From NCBI GenBank assembly GCA_028282585.1, contig JANQHR010000114.1:1-40549 (forward strand): DNA of 40,549 bases, in the 5' to 3' direction. A model generated the notes under the pieces. It was given only the letters and a program-made list of their open reading frames with translations. It ran no database searches and was not told the DNA's origin. Source of the stretch: Bacteroidales bacterium. GTDB lineage: Bacteria > Bacteroidota > Bacteroidia > Bacteroidales > UBA12077. Every line of letters starts with the position of its first letter. Positions within the stretch are counted from its first letter, which is position 1. The position numbers and the translations under genes are program-made. Shown piece by piece: positions 10,081 through 20,137 of the stretch.

Positions 10081-10704
10081 ATGGGTGTTAAATTTAGTTT
10101 TTATAGTTTGTTAATAATCTTCATATCGATTTCCTTTGGGTTTGTTATGGCTTACTGGCGGTTTAGGGGAAGGATCGCCAGTTTAAAAAGCCTTGCTTTC
10201 TCCGATGATTTAGGAATATACAATCACAGGGAACTTAAAAAGAAATTAAGATCTCTTATTAAAAATCCTGATATTAATTCATTTGTGTTTGTATTAATTG
10301 ATATTGACCGGTTTAAGAATTACAATGATCACTATGGTTATGATAACGCAGATGCTTTACTTCAAGAATTTGTGGATATAACGAAGAACTTTATCCGAAA
10401 ATCGGATATGTTTTTTAGATATAAGAATGGAGATGAGTTCGCACTATTGTTTAGAAATACCGGTTCAACGGAAGCAAAAGAAATTGGAAACAGGTTAAGA
10501 AGAGCTATTGCAAATCATACCTTTCACTTAGACGATCACGATATCAACCTTACTATAAGTATGGGAATTACAAGCTGTCAGAAAAGTGATAATCCTGATA
10601 ATGTGAGGAAGAGAGCAGAGCTTGCTTTATATGAAGCTAAACAATCAAAAAACACAGTAGTTCTTATTGGCGAAGAACAAAAAAAAGCAGACCTCGTATA
10701 TTAA
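10081..10704 (+). CDS. Membrane-anchored GGDEF-domain protein with variant active-site motif (RYKNGDEF)
   Basis: One N-terminal hydrophobic helix; LIDIDRFKNYNDHYGYDNAD, RKSD, NGDEF, LTISMGI, RAELALYEAK. Confidence 0.85.
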   Translation: MGVKFSFYSLLIIFISISFGFVMAYWRFRGRIASLKSLAFSDDLGIYNHRELKKKLRSLIKNPDINSFVFVLIDIDRFKNYNDHYGYDNADALLQEFVDITKNFIRKSDMFFRYKNGDEFALLFRNTGSTEAKEIGNRLRRAIANHTFHLDDHDINLTISMGITSCQKSDNPDNVRKRAELALYEAKQSKNTVVLIGEEQKKADLVY

Positions 10705-10713
10705 GGCCTGCTT
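10681..10713 (-). terminator. Probable terminator of the GH13 lipoprotein gene, overlapping the GGDEF stop codon
   Basis: AAGCAGACCT...AGGCCTGCTT stem with an A-run on the left (U-tract on the minus strand). Confidence 0.55.
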
Positions 10714-10729
10714 AAGCTCTTATTAAGAG

Positions 10730-12106
10730 CTATTTAAATACTTTATAATCCCAGGCTGCTAAAGAATAACTATTTGCAAACTCTTCATCTGTAAATAATT
10801 CACTTAGATTTGAACCATCGATTTGATTTGCAAATTCAAATTCAACTTCTTCTGCAGAGAGGTTTAGTATTGTTATTACTTTATGATCATCCTTAACTCT
10901 TGAAAAGGCAAAGATATTGCCATCGGCATTGGTTTCAATTCTTTCCATTGTACCGCCAAAATTTCCATTCCACAAAGCAGGATTTTCTTTTTTAAGTTTA
11001 AGTAGAGCAGAATATAACTCATCAAAATGGCATTCTTTGCTCCAGTCAATCTCATCTTTTTCGAAAAATTCCAAGCGTTTATCTAAACATGCTTCCTGGC
11101 CGCTATAAATTAATGGCATACCTGGTATTGTAACAGATAATACAGCAAAGGCTTCCGCTGCATCTCCCAATCTTTCTTCAACAGTACCATTCCAAGAATT
11201 TTCATCGTGATTACTTATGAAGTGCATTCTGTAATCAGCGAAATCATAATCTGTTTTTTCTTTTTCTAATCTTTCAACTAAATCTTGAATAGTTTTTTTA
11301 CCTTGTGCTATTTCGTTAAAAATATGATGCATTCCCCATGCATAGGTCATGTCAAAACCGTTTTCGTGTAATTCAGGTTCCCAAGCTTCGGCTAACATAA
11401 ACACGGGTTTAATTTTATCAAGTTCAGTTCTTGTTTTATTCCAGAAATCAAAAGGAACCATTCCTGCTACATCGCAACGATAGCCATCAATATTAAATTC
11501 CTTAACCCAATATTTTAAGGCTTCAATCATATAATCTCGCATTTCCGGAACATCGAAATTAAAATCTGCAACATCGCTCCAATCATCCACAGGTGAAACA
11601 ATTTCGCCAGCTTCATTTTTAGTATACCATTCGGGATTGGTGTAAATTAATTCGTTATCCCAAGCAGAATGATTTGCAACCCAATCAATAATGATATACA
11701 TATCCATTTCATGGATTTTTGCTACCAGGCTTCTGAAATCTTCTTCAGTTCCAAATTCAGGATTAATTCCGTAATAGTCTTTTACAGAATAATAACTACC
11801 TAAAGTACCTTTTCTGTTTTTTTCTCCGATAGGATGAATTGGCATTAACCATAAAATATCGGTTCCAAGTTCTTTTAATCTTGGTAAATGTTCAGCAAAA
11901 GCATTAAATGTTCCTTCAGGAGTATACTGTCGAATATTAACTTCATAAATACTCAGGTTCTTGCTCCATTCTACGGGTTCAACTTTCTTATCTTCAGCAC
12001 TTTGTTCTTGGTTGGTTGTGGATGGTCCACAGCCAGTTAAATACGTCAATGTTATAGTTAACATTATCAAGGACATAGCCCTTTTTGTTAAATTAATTTT
12101 TTTCAT
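10730..12106 (-). CDS. GH13 alpha-amylase-family lipoprotein
   Basis: Lipobox LTGC; IDWVANH, DGYRCDVAG, AEAW, SNHDENSW. Confidence 0.92.
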   Translation of the reverse strand: MKKINLTKRAMSLIMLTITLTYLTGCGPSTTNQEQSAEDKKVEPVEWSKNLSIYEVNIRQYTPEGTFNAFAEHLPRLKELGTDILWLMPIHPIGEKNRKGTLGSYYSVKDYYGINPEFGTEEDFRSLVAKIHEMDMYIIIDWVANHSAWDNELIYTNPEWYTKNEAGEIVSPVDDWSDVADFNFDVPEMRDYMIEALKYWVKEFNIDGYRCDVAGMVPFDFWNKTRTELDKIKPVFMLAEAWEPELHENGFDMTYAWGMHHIFNEIAQGKKTIQDLVERLEKEKTDYDFADYRMHFISNHDENSWNGTVEERLGDAAEAFAVLSVTIPGMPLIYSGQEACLDKRLEFFEKDEIDWSKECHFDELYSALLKLKKENPALWNGNFGGTMERIETNADGNIFAFSRVKDDHKVITILNLSAEEVEFEFANQIDGSNLSELFTDEEFANSYSLAAWDYKVFK

Positions 12107-12314
12107 GTTAAATAATTTTGAATTTTTGTAATTATAAGCTCCCTAAATTGTGATATATCAAGGCATTTTGTTATTTTTGACAAGATTAGTTTTTGCCTTT
12201 TAAAGATAATAAAATTTTGATGAAAAACTGCATGAAAAGCAGACTAATTAAAGAGAATAGAGCGTTTTCTTCCCTAGTTAAAATTAGTTTAATAATCATT
12301 AAAAAAAGATTACA

Positions 12315-13409
12315 ATGAAACGTGTATTAGTTGCAACTGCAGGAGGAGATTGTCCTGGGCTTAATGCTGTTATTAGAGCAATTGTAAAAAGGGCATCTCA
12401 GGAGCGTGACTGGGAGATTTTAGGTAGTATCCAAGCTTTCAATGGAATATTGTGGGAACCAACTGAGGTTAAGATCTTGGATGAAAAGGCTGTTGCTGGA
12501 ATCCACTTCCAGGGAGGAACAATAATTGAAACAACAAACAAAGGAGGGCCTTTTGCATGGCCTATAAAGGATAAAAATGGCAAATGGACAACTGTGGATC
12601 GTTCAGAAGAGATGATTCGTAAGTTGATGTACATGGGTGTTGATGCGGTTATTAATATTGGTGGCGATGGCTCGCAGAGAATTTCTCAAGCTTTATATGA
12701 GAAAGGTTTGAGTATTATTGGCGTTCCAAAAACGATTGATAATGACTTGTCTGCTACAGATACAACCTTTGGTTATCAAACTGCAGTGCAAATTGCTACA
12801 GAGGCAGTGGATAAATTGGTGACAACTGCTGCCAGTCATAACCGTGTAATGGTGCTGGAAGTTATGGGACGAGATGCCGGATGGATTGCGATGAATGCAG
12901 CTGTTGCAGGAGGTGCTGAGATTTGCCTTATTCCGGAAATTCCTTATGATATTAATAAGGTAGTTGAAAAAATTAACGACAGGTTTAGAAGAGATAGAGG
13001 ATTTACAATTATTGTAATTGCAGAAGGAGCGCATGCTATAGGAAAAGAAGTTTCTCAAGAAAAGAACGATGAAATTGGTTATGCCAATGCAAAACTTGCC
13101 GGAGCTGCAACAAAACTAGTTCAGGAACTAAAAGAAGCTGGAATAAAGCATAGTATACGTAAAGCGGTATTGGGTCATATACAAAGAGGTGGTGTGCCAA
13201 TTGCTTACGATCGTGTGTTGGCTACACAATTTGGAGTTCATGTATTTGAAATGGTACTTGAAGGTAAGTTTGGAGAAATGGTTTCATACCGCCATCCTCA
13301 TATTACCTCGGTTCCTTTCAAGGAGGCAATTCAAGAGCCTAATTTTGTTACGCTTGATACAGCATTAATGAGGAATGCAAGGGGTGTAGGGATTAGTTTT
13401 GGAGATTAA
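12315..13409 (+). CDS. pfkA: 6-phosphofructokinase (PfkA family, group III-like, probably ATP-dependent)
   Basis: GGDCPGLNAVIRA, GGDGS, PKTIDND, EVMGRDAGWIA, LGHIQRGG. Confidence 0.93.
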   Translation: MKRVLVATAGGDCPGLNAVIRAIVKRASQERDWEILGSIQAFNGILWEPTEVKILDEKAVAGIHFQGGTIIETTNKGGPFAWPIKDKNGKWTTVDRSEEMIRKLMYMGVDAVINIGGDGSQRISQALYEKGLSIIGVPKTIDNDLSATDTTFGYQTAVQIATEAVDKLVTTAASHNRVMVLEVMGRDAGWIAMNAAVAGGAEICLIPEIPYDINKVVEKINDRFRRDRGFTIIVIAEGAHAIGKEVSQEKNDEIGYANAKLAGAATKLVQELKEAGIKHSIRKAVLGHIQRGGVPIAYDRVLATQFGVHVFEMVLEGKFGEMVSYRHPHITSVPFKEAIQEPNFVTLDTALMRNARGVGISFGD

Positions 13410-13425
13410 TCAAACAGATAATAAT

Positions 13426-13456
13426 AAAAAACGGCTTTTAAAAAGGGCCGTTTTTT
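13426..13456. terminator. Bidirectional intrinsic terminator between convergent pfkA and the neopullulanase gene
   Basis: AAAAAACGGCTTTT-AAA-AAGGGCCGTTTTTT. Confidence 0.8.
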
Positions 13457-13511
13457 GGTTGGTTCAAATTAACTTTCGTAATTGCTCGCGAGAAAAGTTT
13501 CTAGTTGTAAG

Positions 13512-15359
13512 TTATTTACGAAGTTCTATAATCATTGCAGACTTTTTGCCACAACTAATTTTATTAAGGTTTTTTAATTCAGATTTTGATATAATATCAA
13601 TTCCAGATGTATAACCTGAAAGTATTTCATTAAATCTACCGGTTTCAATAACTTGCTCAGATTCATTATTATTAAGGATGATCATTACGCAATCATTCTC
13701 ATTATGTCTGAAATAAACATAAATATTATTTTCCGGCACAAAGTGTGTTAAATTACCCGTGTGTATTACTGGCTTAGATTTTCTCCAGTCTAAAATGTTT
13801 TTGTAATAATTAAATATTTCATTCTGATCAATATTTCTACCCGTCTCATCAAAACAGTTTATTTTATCGCCTGGCCAACCACCTGGAAAATCTTTACGCA
13901 TTTTTCCATGCGCTTCATGAGCATAACCTTCCATAAGTATCTCCGTTCCGTAATAAACAGAAGGAATGCCACGAGTGGTTAATTGAAATGCTATGGCTAA
14001 TTTCAATTTATTTAAATCTTTATTTAAAGATGAGTAAATTCTGGTAACATCATGATTGTCCAGAAATACCAATGTATTCATGGCTTTTTCATAAACGAAA
14101 TCTTGAGCAAGAACATAATACAGCCTTGACATGCCTTCGGTCCAGGATTGTTCTTCACTAAAAGCTTGATTAATTGCATTAAATAGTGGGAAGTCAGTAA
14201 TGACCGGAATATTTGAAGAATAATCGTCAAAGTTACTGGAGCTCTTTTGCCAGTAAGCTGTAATTGGAATTTTTTGGAGCCAGGCTTCTCCAAGAATTGT
14301 GAAATCAGGATATTCATCATATATTTTCTTTGCCCACTCAGCGACCATGTCCTTATCTGAATATGGTTGGGTATCTAACCGTATTCCATCAATTCCTGCA
14401 TATTCGATCCACCATATTGAGTTTTGAATAAGGTAATTGGAAAGGTATTCGTTTTTCTGGTTTAAATCAGGCATATTTACATCAAACCAACCGTTTTGTT
14501 GTAAGTTAAAATCGTATTCGGAAGCATATGGGTCAGTTATAACAGACGATCTAAAATTTGAACGTGTGAATTCGGGGAATTGATGAATCCAATCTTCGCT
14601 TGGTAGGTCATCCATCCACCAATGATTAATTCCACAATGATTTAAGACAACATCTTTGATAATTTTTAGTTCTTTTTGATGTGCTTTATTAACCAGCTCT
14701 TTATACTGTTCGTTGTTACCGTAACGTGGATCAATCTTATAGAAGTCTGTAATGGCATAACCGTGATAAGTATATTTCTCTTGGTTATTTTCCAACAAAG
14801 GGTTTATCCAAACTGACGTTACCCCAAGGTTTTTTAAATAATCCATATGATTTATAATCCCCTGGATATCTCCTCCGTGTCTTCCGTCCGGATTTTCACG
14901 GTTTACTTTTTCACGCATGTCGGGTGAAGAATCGTTGTTTACATTTCCATTTGAGAACCTATCGGGCATTAACAGATAAACCACATCTGAATTATCAAAT
15001 CCCTGATGTTGATTTTTACTTTTAATTCTTTTTTTTAATTCATAATGTATAGTTTCTATTAACTCACCATCTTTCTCCAGGCTTATTTTAAGTTTGGTAG
15101 CCTGTAGATTTTTAGGAATAGATAAATTTAAGAATACATAATTTGGATTTTCGATCTTATCAATGCCTACCAATAATTCATTCTTGTCAATTTGTATATT
15201 ATATTCAGAAATGTTATCTCCATATAACATAATTTGTAATTCCGGGTTTTTCATTTCCGTCCACCAAAAAGGAGGGGCAACCCTATTTATAACTTGTGAA
15301 TTAGATATTAATGTTACACAAGTGAAAATAATAACCAATATAGTTTCTTTAATTTTCAT
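13512..15359 (-). CDS. SusA-like neopullulanase/cyclomaltodextrinase (GH13), exported
   Basis: Signal peptide; N-domain RVAPPFWW..M; YLLMPDRFSNG, YHGYAITD, DGIRLDT, GEAW, DNHD. Confidence 0.92.
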   Translation of the reverse strand: MKIKETILVIIFTCVTLISNSQVINRVAPPFWWTEMKNPELQIMLYGDNISEYNIQIDKNELLVGIDKIENPNYVFLNLSIPKNLQATKLKISLEKDGELIETIHYELKKRIKSKNQHQGFDNSDVVYLLMPDRFSNGNVNNDSSPDMREKVNRENPDGRHGGDIQGIINHMDYLKNLGVTSVWINPLLENNQEKYTYHGYAITDFYKIDPRYGNNEQYKELVNKAHQKELKIIKDVVLNHCGINHWWMDDLPSEDWIHQFPEFTRSNFRSSVITDPYASEYDFNLQQNGWFDVNMPDLNQKNEYLSNYLIQNSIWWIEYAGIDGIRLDTQPYSDKDMVAEWAKKIYDEYPDFTILGEAWLQKIPITAYWQKSSSNFDDYSSNIPVITDFPLFNAINQAFSEEQSWTEGMSRLYYVLAQDFVYEKAMNTLVFLDNHDVTRIYSSLNKDLNKLKLAIAFQLTTRGIPSVYYGTEILMEGYAHEAHGKMRKDFPGGWPGDKINCFDETGRNIDQNEIFNYYKNILDWRKSKPVIHTGNLTHFVPENNIYVYFRHNENDCVMIILNNNESEQVIETGRFNEILSGYTSGIDIISKSELKNLNKISCGKKSAMIIELRK

Positions 15360-15370
15360 AGGGCTAATAT

Positions 15371-17683
15371 TTAATTACAGTAATATGTCTTTGATTCTCT
15401 TTCTTTAATTTTATATTCAATCCCATAAATAAATAACCTGATCTTTTCTCCTCCCTGGTTAGAGATTACCACTTTTTCCTTTGTTACTTCCACCTTTAAA
15501 AGTGTATCTCTATATTTAACCATGAATGAATATACGTCCCATTTTTCCGGAATGAAAGGATTGAAGTGAAGCTCATCATTAATTAAGCGCATTCCCCCAA
15601 ATCCTTCTACAATAGAAAGATAAGTTCCTGCCATGCTAGTAATATGTAATCCCTGATAAACTTCATCATTATAATCATCCAGGTCTAAACGCGCTGTTCG
15701 GAGGTATAACTCATAAGCTTTTTCTTTATAGCCTAATTTAGCAGCCAAAATGGTATGTACACAAGGTGAAAGTGAAGATTCATGAACTGTTTTTGGTTCA
15801 TAAAAATCGAAATTCCTTTTAATAGTTTCGTCGTCATAATTGTCTTCAAATATATATATCCCTTGTAAAACATCTGCTTGCTTAATAAAGCAAGAACGTA
15901 ATATCCTGTCCCATGACCATTTTTGATTTATAGGCCTGTCTTCCGGTTTTAGGTCATCAACGGTTAACAATTCCTTATCCATAAAACCATCTTGTTGTAA
16001 GAATACACCTAATTCTTCATTTTCCGGGAAATACATATTATCAATAATGTTGGTCCATTTTCCAACTTCTTTCAATTCATCAAAATTTATTTTTTCTTTT
16101 AATGCTTTGTATTTTTCCGGGTTTGTTGATTGAATCTTGGTTATGCATTTTATGGTATAATCCAGACACCAAACAGCCATAAGGTTTGAATACCAGTTAT
16201 TGTTAACATTGTTCTCATATTCATTAGGACCTGTTACACCTAGCATTACATATTTGTTCTTGGCATTTGAAAAGTTTACGCGTTGTGCCCAGAATCGACT
16301 AATAGCTATTAAAACTTCAAGCCCATAGTCTTCTATGTACGTTTCATCACTGGTATAACGAGTATAATTATAAATTGCAAAAGCTATAGCTCCATTTCTG
16401 TGGATTTCTTCGAAAGTAATTTCCCATTCGTTATGGCATTCTTCACCATTCATTGTCACCATTGGATAAAGAGCGGCACCATTTGTAAAACCTAGCTTTT
16501 CGGCATTTTCAATTGCTTTCTGAAGATGCCTGTATCGATATAGTAATAGATTTTTTGATACTTTTTTATCTGATGTTCTTAAATAGAAAGGTAAACAATA
16601 AGCTTCTGTGTCCCAATACGTACTTCCTCCATATTTTTCTCCGGTAAATCCTTTTGGTCCAATGTTTAACCTTTCGTCATCACCTGTATAAGTTTGATTT
16701 AACTGGAAAATATTAAATCGAATTGCTTGTTGGGCTGCAACATCACCTTCAATTACAATATCACTATCCGTCCATTTGCACTTCCATGCATTTGCATGCA
16801 GATTAAAAAGCTCATCGAATCCTTTTTCGAATGATCTTTGCAATATATTATGTGCAGCAATGGTTAGCGTATCATTACTATGATTTTCGGAATGAGTAAT
16901 TGCAGCGTATTTATAAATTGTTATAGTATCTTCCGGTTTTACTTCAAGCTCAATCGTTTGTCCAATGTATTTTTCTTTTTGTTCCTCTTTAACAGCATGT
17001 GTAACTTTTATTCCGTTTTTTTCGATATTAAATTTCATGCTGGTACAAACATTAAAATCTAATTTTTTCGTTTTAACAGTCACATAAGCTTCTCCTGGCC
17101 GGCTTTCTACAGCTACTTCTTCCCAAAACTTTTCCTGATAGTTAGCATCTTCATTAATTACATCTCCATCTATATAAGGAGTAATAGATAATTTGTCGTT
17201 TACACTTATACTTTTTATTTCATACTTAATACAACCCAGTTCTTTCTCATGAATACTGATAAACCTTTTCGATTTTACTTCTATGATATTTTCATCTGAA
17301 AATTCAGCAGTGAACGACCTTTCAAGATAACCTTCCTGCATATTTAATACTCTTCTAAAGTTCTCAACCTTCACTTTCGATAAATCTAAGCTCTTGTTTC
17401 CAACTTTTATATTTATTCCAATCCAGTTTGGTGCGTTCAATACTTTTGCAAAATATTCGGGATAACCATTTTTCCACCATCCGACTTTGGTTTTATCCGG
17501 ATAGTAAATACCTGCAATATAACTACCCTGCAGGCTATCACCTTCATATTGTTCTTCGAAATTTGCTCTTTGCCCAATATGCCCGTTTCCCAGTGAAAAT
17601 ATACTTTCTGAAGATCTTTGATTTTTCGGATTAAACCCTTCTTCAATTATACACCAATCGTCATGTTTCAAATACTTGTTCAT
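15371..17683 (-). CDS. GH65 maltose phosphorylase
   Basis: ESIFSLGNG, IGPKGFTGEKYGG..YWDTE, GVTGPNEYE, IKQADV, HESSLS; adjacent to beta-PGM. Confidence 0.95.
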   Translation of the reverse strand: MNKYLKHDDWCIIEEGFNPKNQRSSESIFSLGNGHIGQRANFEEQYEGDSLQGSYIAGIYYPDKTKVGWWKNGYPEYFAKVLNAPNWIGINIKVGNKSLDLSKVKVENFRRVLNMQEGYLERSFTAEFSDENIIEVKSKRFISIHEKELGCIKYEIKSISVNDKLSITPYIDGDVINEDANYQEKFWEEVAVESRPGEAYVTVKTKKLDFNVCTSMKFNIEKNGIKVTHAVKEEQKEKYIGQTIELEVKPEDTITIYKYAAITHSENHSNDTLTIAAHNILQRSFEKGFDELFNLHANAWKCKWTDSDIVIEGDVAAQQAIRFNIFQLNQTYTGDDERLNIGPKGFTGEKYGGSTYWDTEAYCLPFYLRTSDKKVSKNLLLYRYRHLQKAIENAEKLGFTNGAALYPMVTMNGEECHNEWEITFEEIHRNGAIAFAIYNYTRYTSDETYIEDYGLEVLIAISRFWAQRVNFSNAKNKYVMLGVTGPNEYENNVNNNWYSNLMAVWCLDYTIKCITKIQSTNPEKYKALKEKINFDELKEVGKWTNIIDNMYFPENEELGVFLQQDGFMDKELLTVDDLKPEDRPINQKWSWDRILRSCFIKQADVLQGIYIFEDNYDDETIKRNFDFYEPKTVHESSLSPCVHTILAAKLGYKEKAYELYLRTARLDLDDYNDEVYQGLHITSMAGTYLSIVEGFGGMRLINDELHFNPFIPEKWDVYSFMVKYRDTLLKVEVTKEKVVISNQGGEKIRLFIYGIEYKIKERESKTYYCN

Positions 17684-17707
17684 TTGAAAGATCTTTTTAA
17701 AATTGTT

Positions 17708-18364
17708 TTAATTAAGTTCGTCAATAATTCTTTTGTCAATATCATTTAGGTCGGATACCACAATATCAGCATCAAATAATACTTGTTTGCTACCTACACC
17801 AACTGTTCTCATTTTTGCTCTTTTGGCAGCTTCAATTCCTGCATGCGCATCTTCGAATACGACACAATTTTCCGGTTTTATTCCAAGTTCTTCTGCAGCT
17901 TTTAGAAATACCTCAGGATCAGGTTTGGAATTTATAATTTTTGTACCATCGACAATTGCATCAAAGAATTTATCATATCCAATTCTTTCCAGGATAGTAC
18001 CTGCATTTTTACTTGATGATCCTATGGCAAGCTTATATTTTGCTTTTTTAAGTTCTTTTAGGAAGTTTTCGACGCCCGGCAACAGGTCTTTGGGAGTCAT
18101 TTTAAGTATATTCTCGCGGTACCAGTCATTTTTTTTAGTAGCTAACTGAACCTGCTCTTTTTCCGATGGAAGAGGTAATTCACCAAACTCAAAAAGTAAT
18201 TCAAGAGACTCCATTCTGCTAACACCTTTCAATCTTTCATTTTGTTCCAGTGAAAAATAGAATCCTAACTCTTGAGCCAGTCTTTTCCAGGCCTGGTAAT
18301 GAAACCTGGCAGTGTCTACAATAACACCATCTAAATCGAAAATAATAGCCTCTATGTTTTGCAT
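17708..18364 (-). CDS. pgmB: Beta-phosphoglucomutase (HAD family)
   Basis: IFDLDGVIVDTA, KGVSR, KPDPEVF, FEDA..G. Start moved to the ATG at 18364 (MQNIEA), 1 nt after the MFS stop, rather than the track start inside the MFS gene. Confidence 0.93.
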   Translation of the reverse strand: MQNIEAIIFDLDGVIVDTARFHYQAWKRLAQELGFYFSLEQNERLKGVSRMESLELLFEFGELPLPSEKEQVQLATKKNDWYRENILKMTPKDLLPGVENFLKELKKAKYKLAIGSSSKNAGTILERIGYDKFFDAIVDGTKIINSKPDPEVFLKAAEELGIKPENCVVFEDAHAGIEAAKRAKMRTVGVGSKQVLFDADIVVSDLNDIDKRIIDELN

Positions 18365-18365
18365 T

Positions 18366-19859
18366 TTAATCTTCATCTTTAACAAATACAACTAATATTC
18401 CAGCAAGTATCATTGAAATACCACCAAGTACCAGTGCATATATCGATTGATTATTAAATATTGATTTAATAAAGAACCCTAGTATGCTAGCAGCAACAAT
18501 CTGTGGAATTACAATGAAAAAGTTGAATATTCCCATGTAAATACCCATCTTGTTAGATGGTAATGAGCCTGTGAGAATTGCATAAGGCATAGCAAGAATA
18601 CTTGCCCAAACCAGTCCGATTCCTATGAAAGGAATCAATAAAATAGTACTATTTGTAATAAAGTATATAGAAATAAAGCTTATTCCTCCTACTAATAGAG
18701 ATATTGTGTGAGTTATTTTTCTATTTGTTAGTTTTGATAAGGTAACCAAAAGAAAGGCAAATAAGGCCGCCGTTCCGTTATATATGCCAAAACAAATTCC
18801 CACCCAGTTTGCCCCTTCATTATATTCTAAAGTGCCTGGTAAAGTATTATATATATGTTCGGTAATTGCCGGCGTTGTATAGATCCACATTGCAAATAAA
18901 GCAAACCACGAAAAAAACTGAACTACAGCAAGTTGTTTCATGGTTTTTGGCATTGCATTAAGGTCATTCATAATCTCGACCAAACCGCCTTTGGTACTTC
19001 CGGTTTTTTGAAGTAATCCGGCTAGTATTTCAAATACGCCAAATGCTAAAAGGCCTATTGATAAGATGTATACCTCTTTGTCAACTTTAAAATAATATAG
19101 AATTACAGTTGTTAATATACCTAAAAGTGTGAGTATAAGACCTATTTTAATACACTTGCCTCCCAAAACCGTATTTCCTTGTTCATGAACCTCACCGGTT
19201 GGTTCAGAATCTTCGAAACTTGCCAGTTCTTCAGGCGAATATTCTTTGGTAGAAAAAACGGTCCAGGCAACTGCCAATAGAAATACAACACCTCCTATAT
19301 AAAATGAGAACTTAACAGAAGGTGGAATTACACCATCCGGAGCAGTATTTTCAATACCTAACCAGTTAGTCATTACCCATGGCAATACAGAAGCTACAAT
19401 CGCTCCAATTCCAATGAAAAAGCTCTGCATAGCAAATCCCTGAGTTCTTTGTTTTGCAGGTAGCATATCACCAACAAAGGCCCTAAATGGCTCCATAGAA
19501 ATATTGATCGATGCATCCATTATCCATAGCATTCCTATGGCAATCCATAACATAGGTGAATTAGGCATAAAAAATAAGGCAATGGTTGCTAATATTGCAC
19601 CAACAAGGAAATATGGCCTTCTGCGGCCTAAACGTCCCCAGGTTTTATCGCTATAATGTCCAACTATGGGTTGTACTATTAAACCAGTCACAGGTGCAGC
19701 TAACCAATACAAAGAAAGATTTTCAACTTCCCCGCCCAGGGTCTGAAATATTCTACTAACGTTGGCATTTTGAAGGGCAAATCCGAATTGAATTCCGAGG
19801 AATCCAAAACTCATGTTCCATATTTGCCAAAAACTCAAAGGTTTTTTCTCTTTTTTCAT
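18366..19859 (-). CDS. MFS (GPH/SLC45-like) maltose/maltodextrin transporter
   Basis: QIWNMSFGFLGIQFGFALQ, SD.TWGRLGRRRPY, MGIFNFFIVIPQI; many TM helices. Confidence 0.92.
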   Translation of the reverse strand: MKKEKKPLSFWQIWNMSFGFLGIQFGFALQNANVSRIFQTLGGEVENLSLYWLAAPVTGLIVQPIVGHYSDKTWGRLGRRRPYFLVGAILATIALFFMPNSPMLWIAIGMLWIMDASINISMEPFRAFVGDMLPAKQRTQGFAMQSFFIGIGAIVASVLPWVMTNWLGIENTAPDGVIPPSVKFSFYIGGVVFLLAVAWTVFSTKEYSPEELASFEDSEPTGEVHEQGNTVLGGKCIKIGLILTLLGILTTVILYYFKVDKEVYILSIGLLAFGVFEILAGLLQKTGSTKGGLVEIMNDLNAMPKTMKQLAVVQFFSWFALFAMWIYTTPAITEHIYNTLPGTLEYNEGANWVGICFGIYNGTAALFAFLLVTLSKLTNRKITHTISLLVGGISFISIYFITNSTILLIPFIGIGLVWASILAMPYAILTGSLPSNKMGIYMGIFNFFIVIPQIVAASILGFFIKSIFNNQSIYALVLGGISMILAGILVVFVKDED

Positions 19860-19908
19860 GGATTTTATTTAAGAAAAACGAAATGTTATTTTAAAGTTTT
19901 AATAATCT

Positions 19909-19916
19909 CAAATATA
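19909..19916 (-). promoter_or_regulatory. -7 promoter element of the MFS-pgmB-GH65-susA operon
   Basis: TATATTTG on the minus strand (perfect TAnnTTTG), about 50 nt before the start; no clear -33 element. Confidence 0.6.
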
Positions 19917-19994
19917 AATAAAAAAAGCAGATTTTTGCGTATGTGTCTGTAAGGCAATATATTGTGAATAAGCTTAAGAAGCCTGAAAAGCTTG

Positions 19995-20009
19995 TTTCAA
20001 ACGTTTGCG
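19995..20009. promoter_or_regulatory. Second copy of the LacI-type operator
   Basis: TTTCAAACGTTTGCG is the exact reverse complement of 1300-1314. Confidence 0.8.
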
Positions 20010-20088
20010 GATTAGAAAAAAGGTGGTAAATTTTAATCAAAAAAAATCTAAACGAAAATGTTATAATGTTTATCGAGTTTTATTAAAT

Positions 20089-20118
20089 AAAAAAACCGCC
20101 TCGATAAGAGACGGTTTT
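20089..20118 (-). terminator. Intrinsic terminator of the POT transporter gene
   Basis: Minus strand AAAACCGTCTC-TTATC-GAGGCGGTTTTTTT. Confidence 0.8.
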
Positions 20119-20137
20119 GAATGATATAAAATAATTA

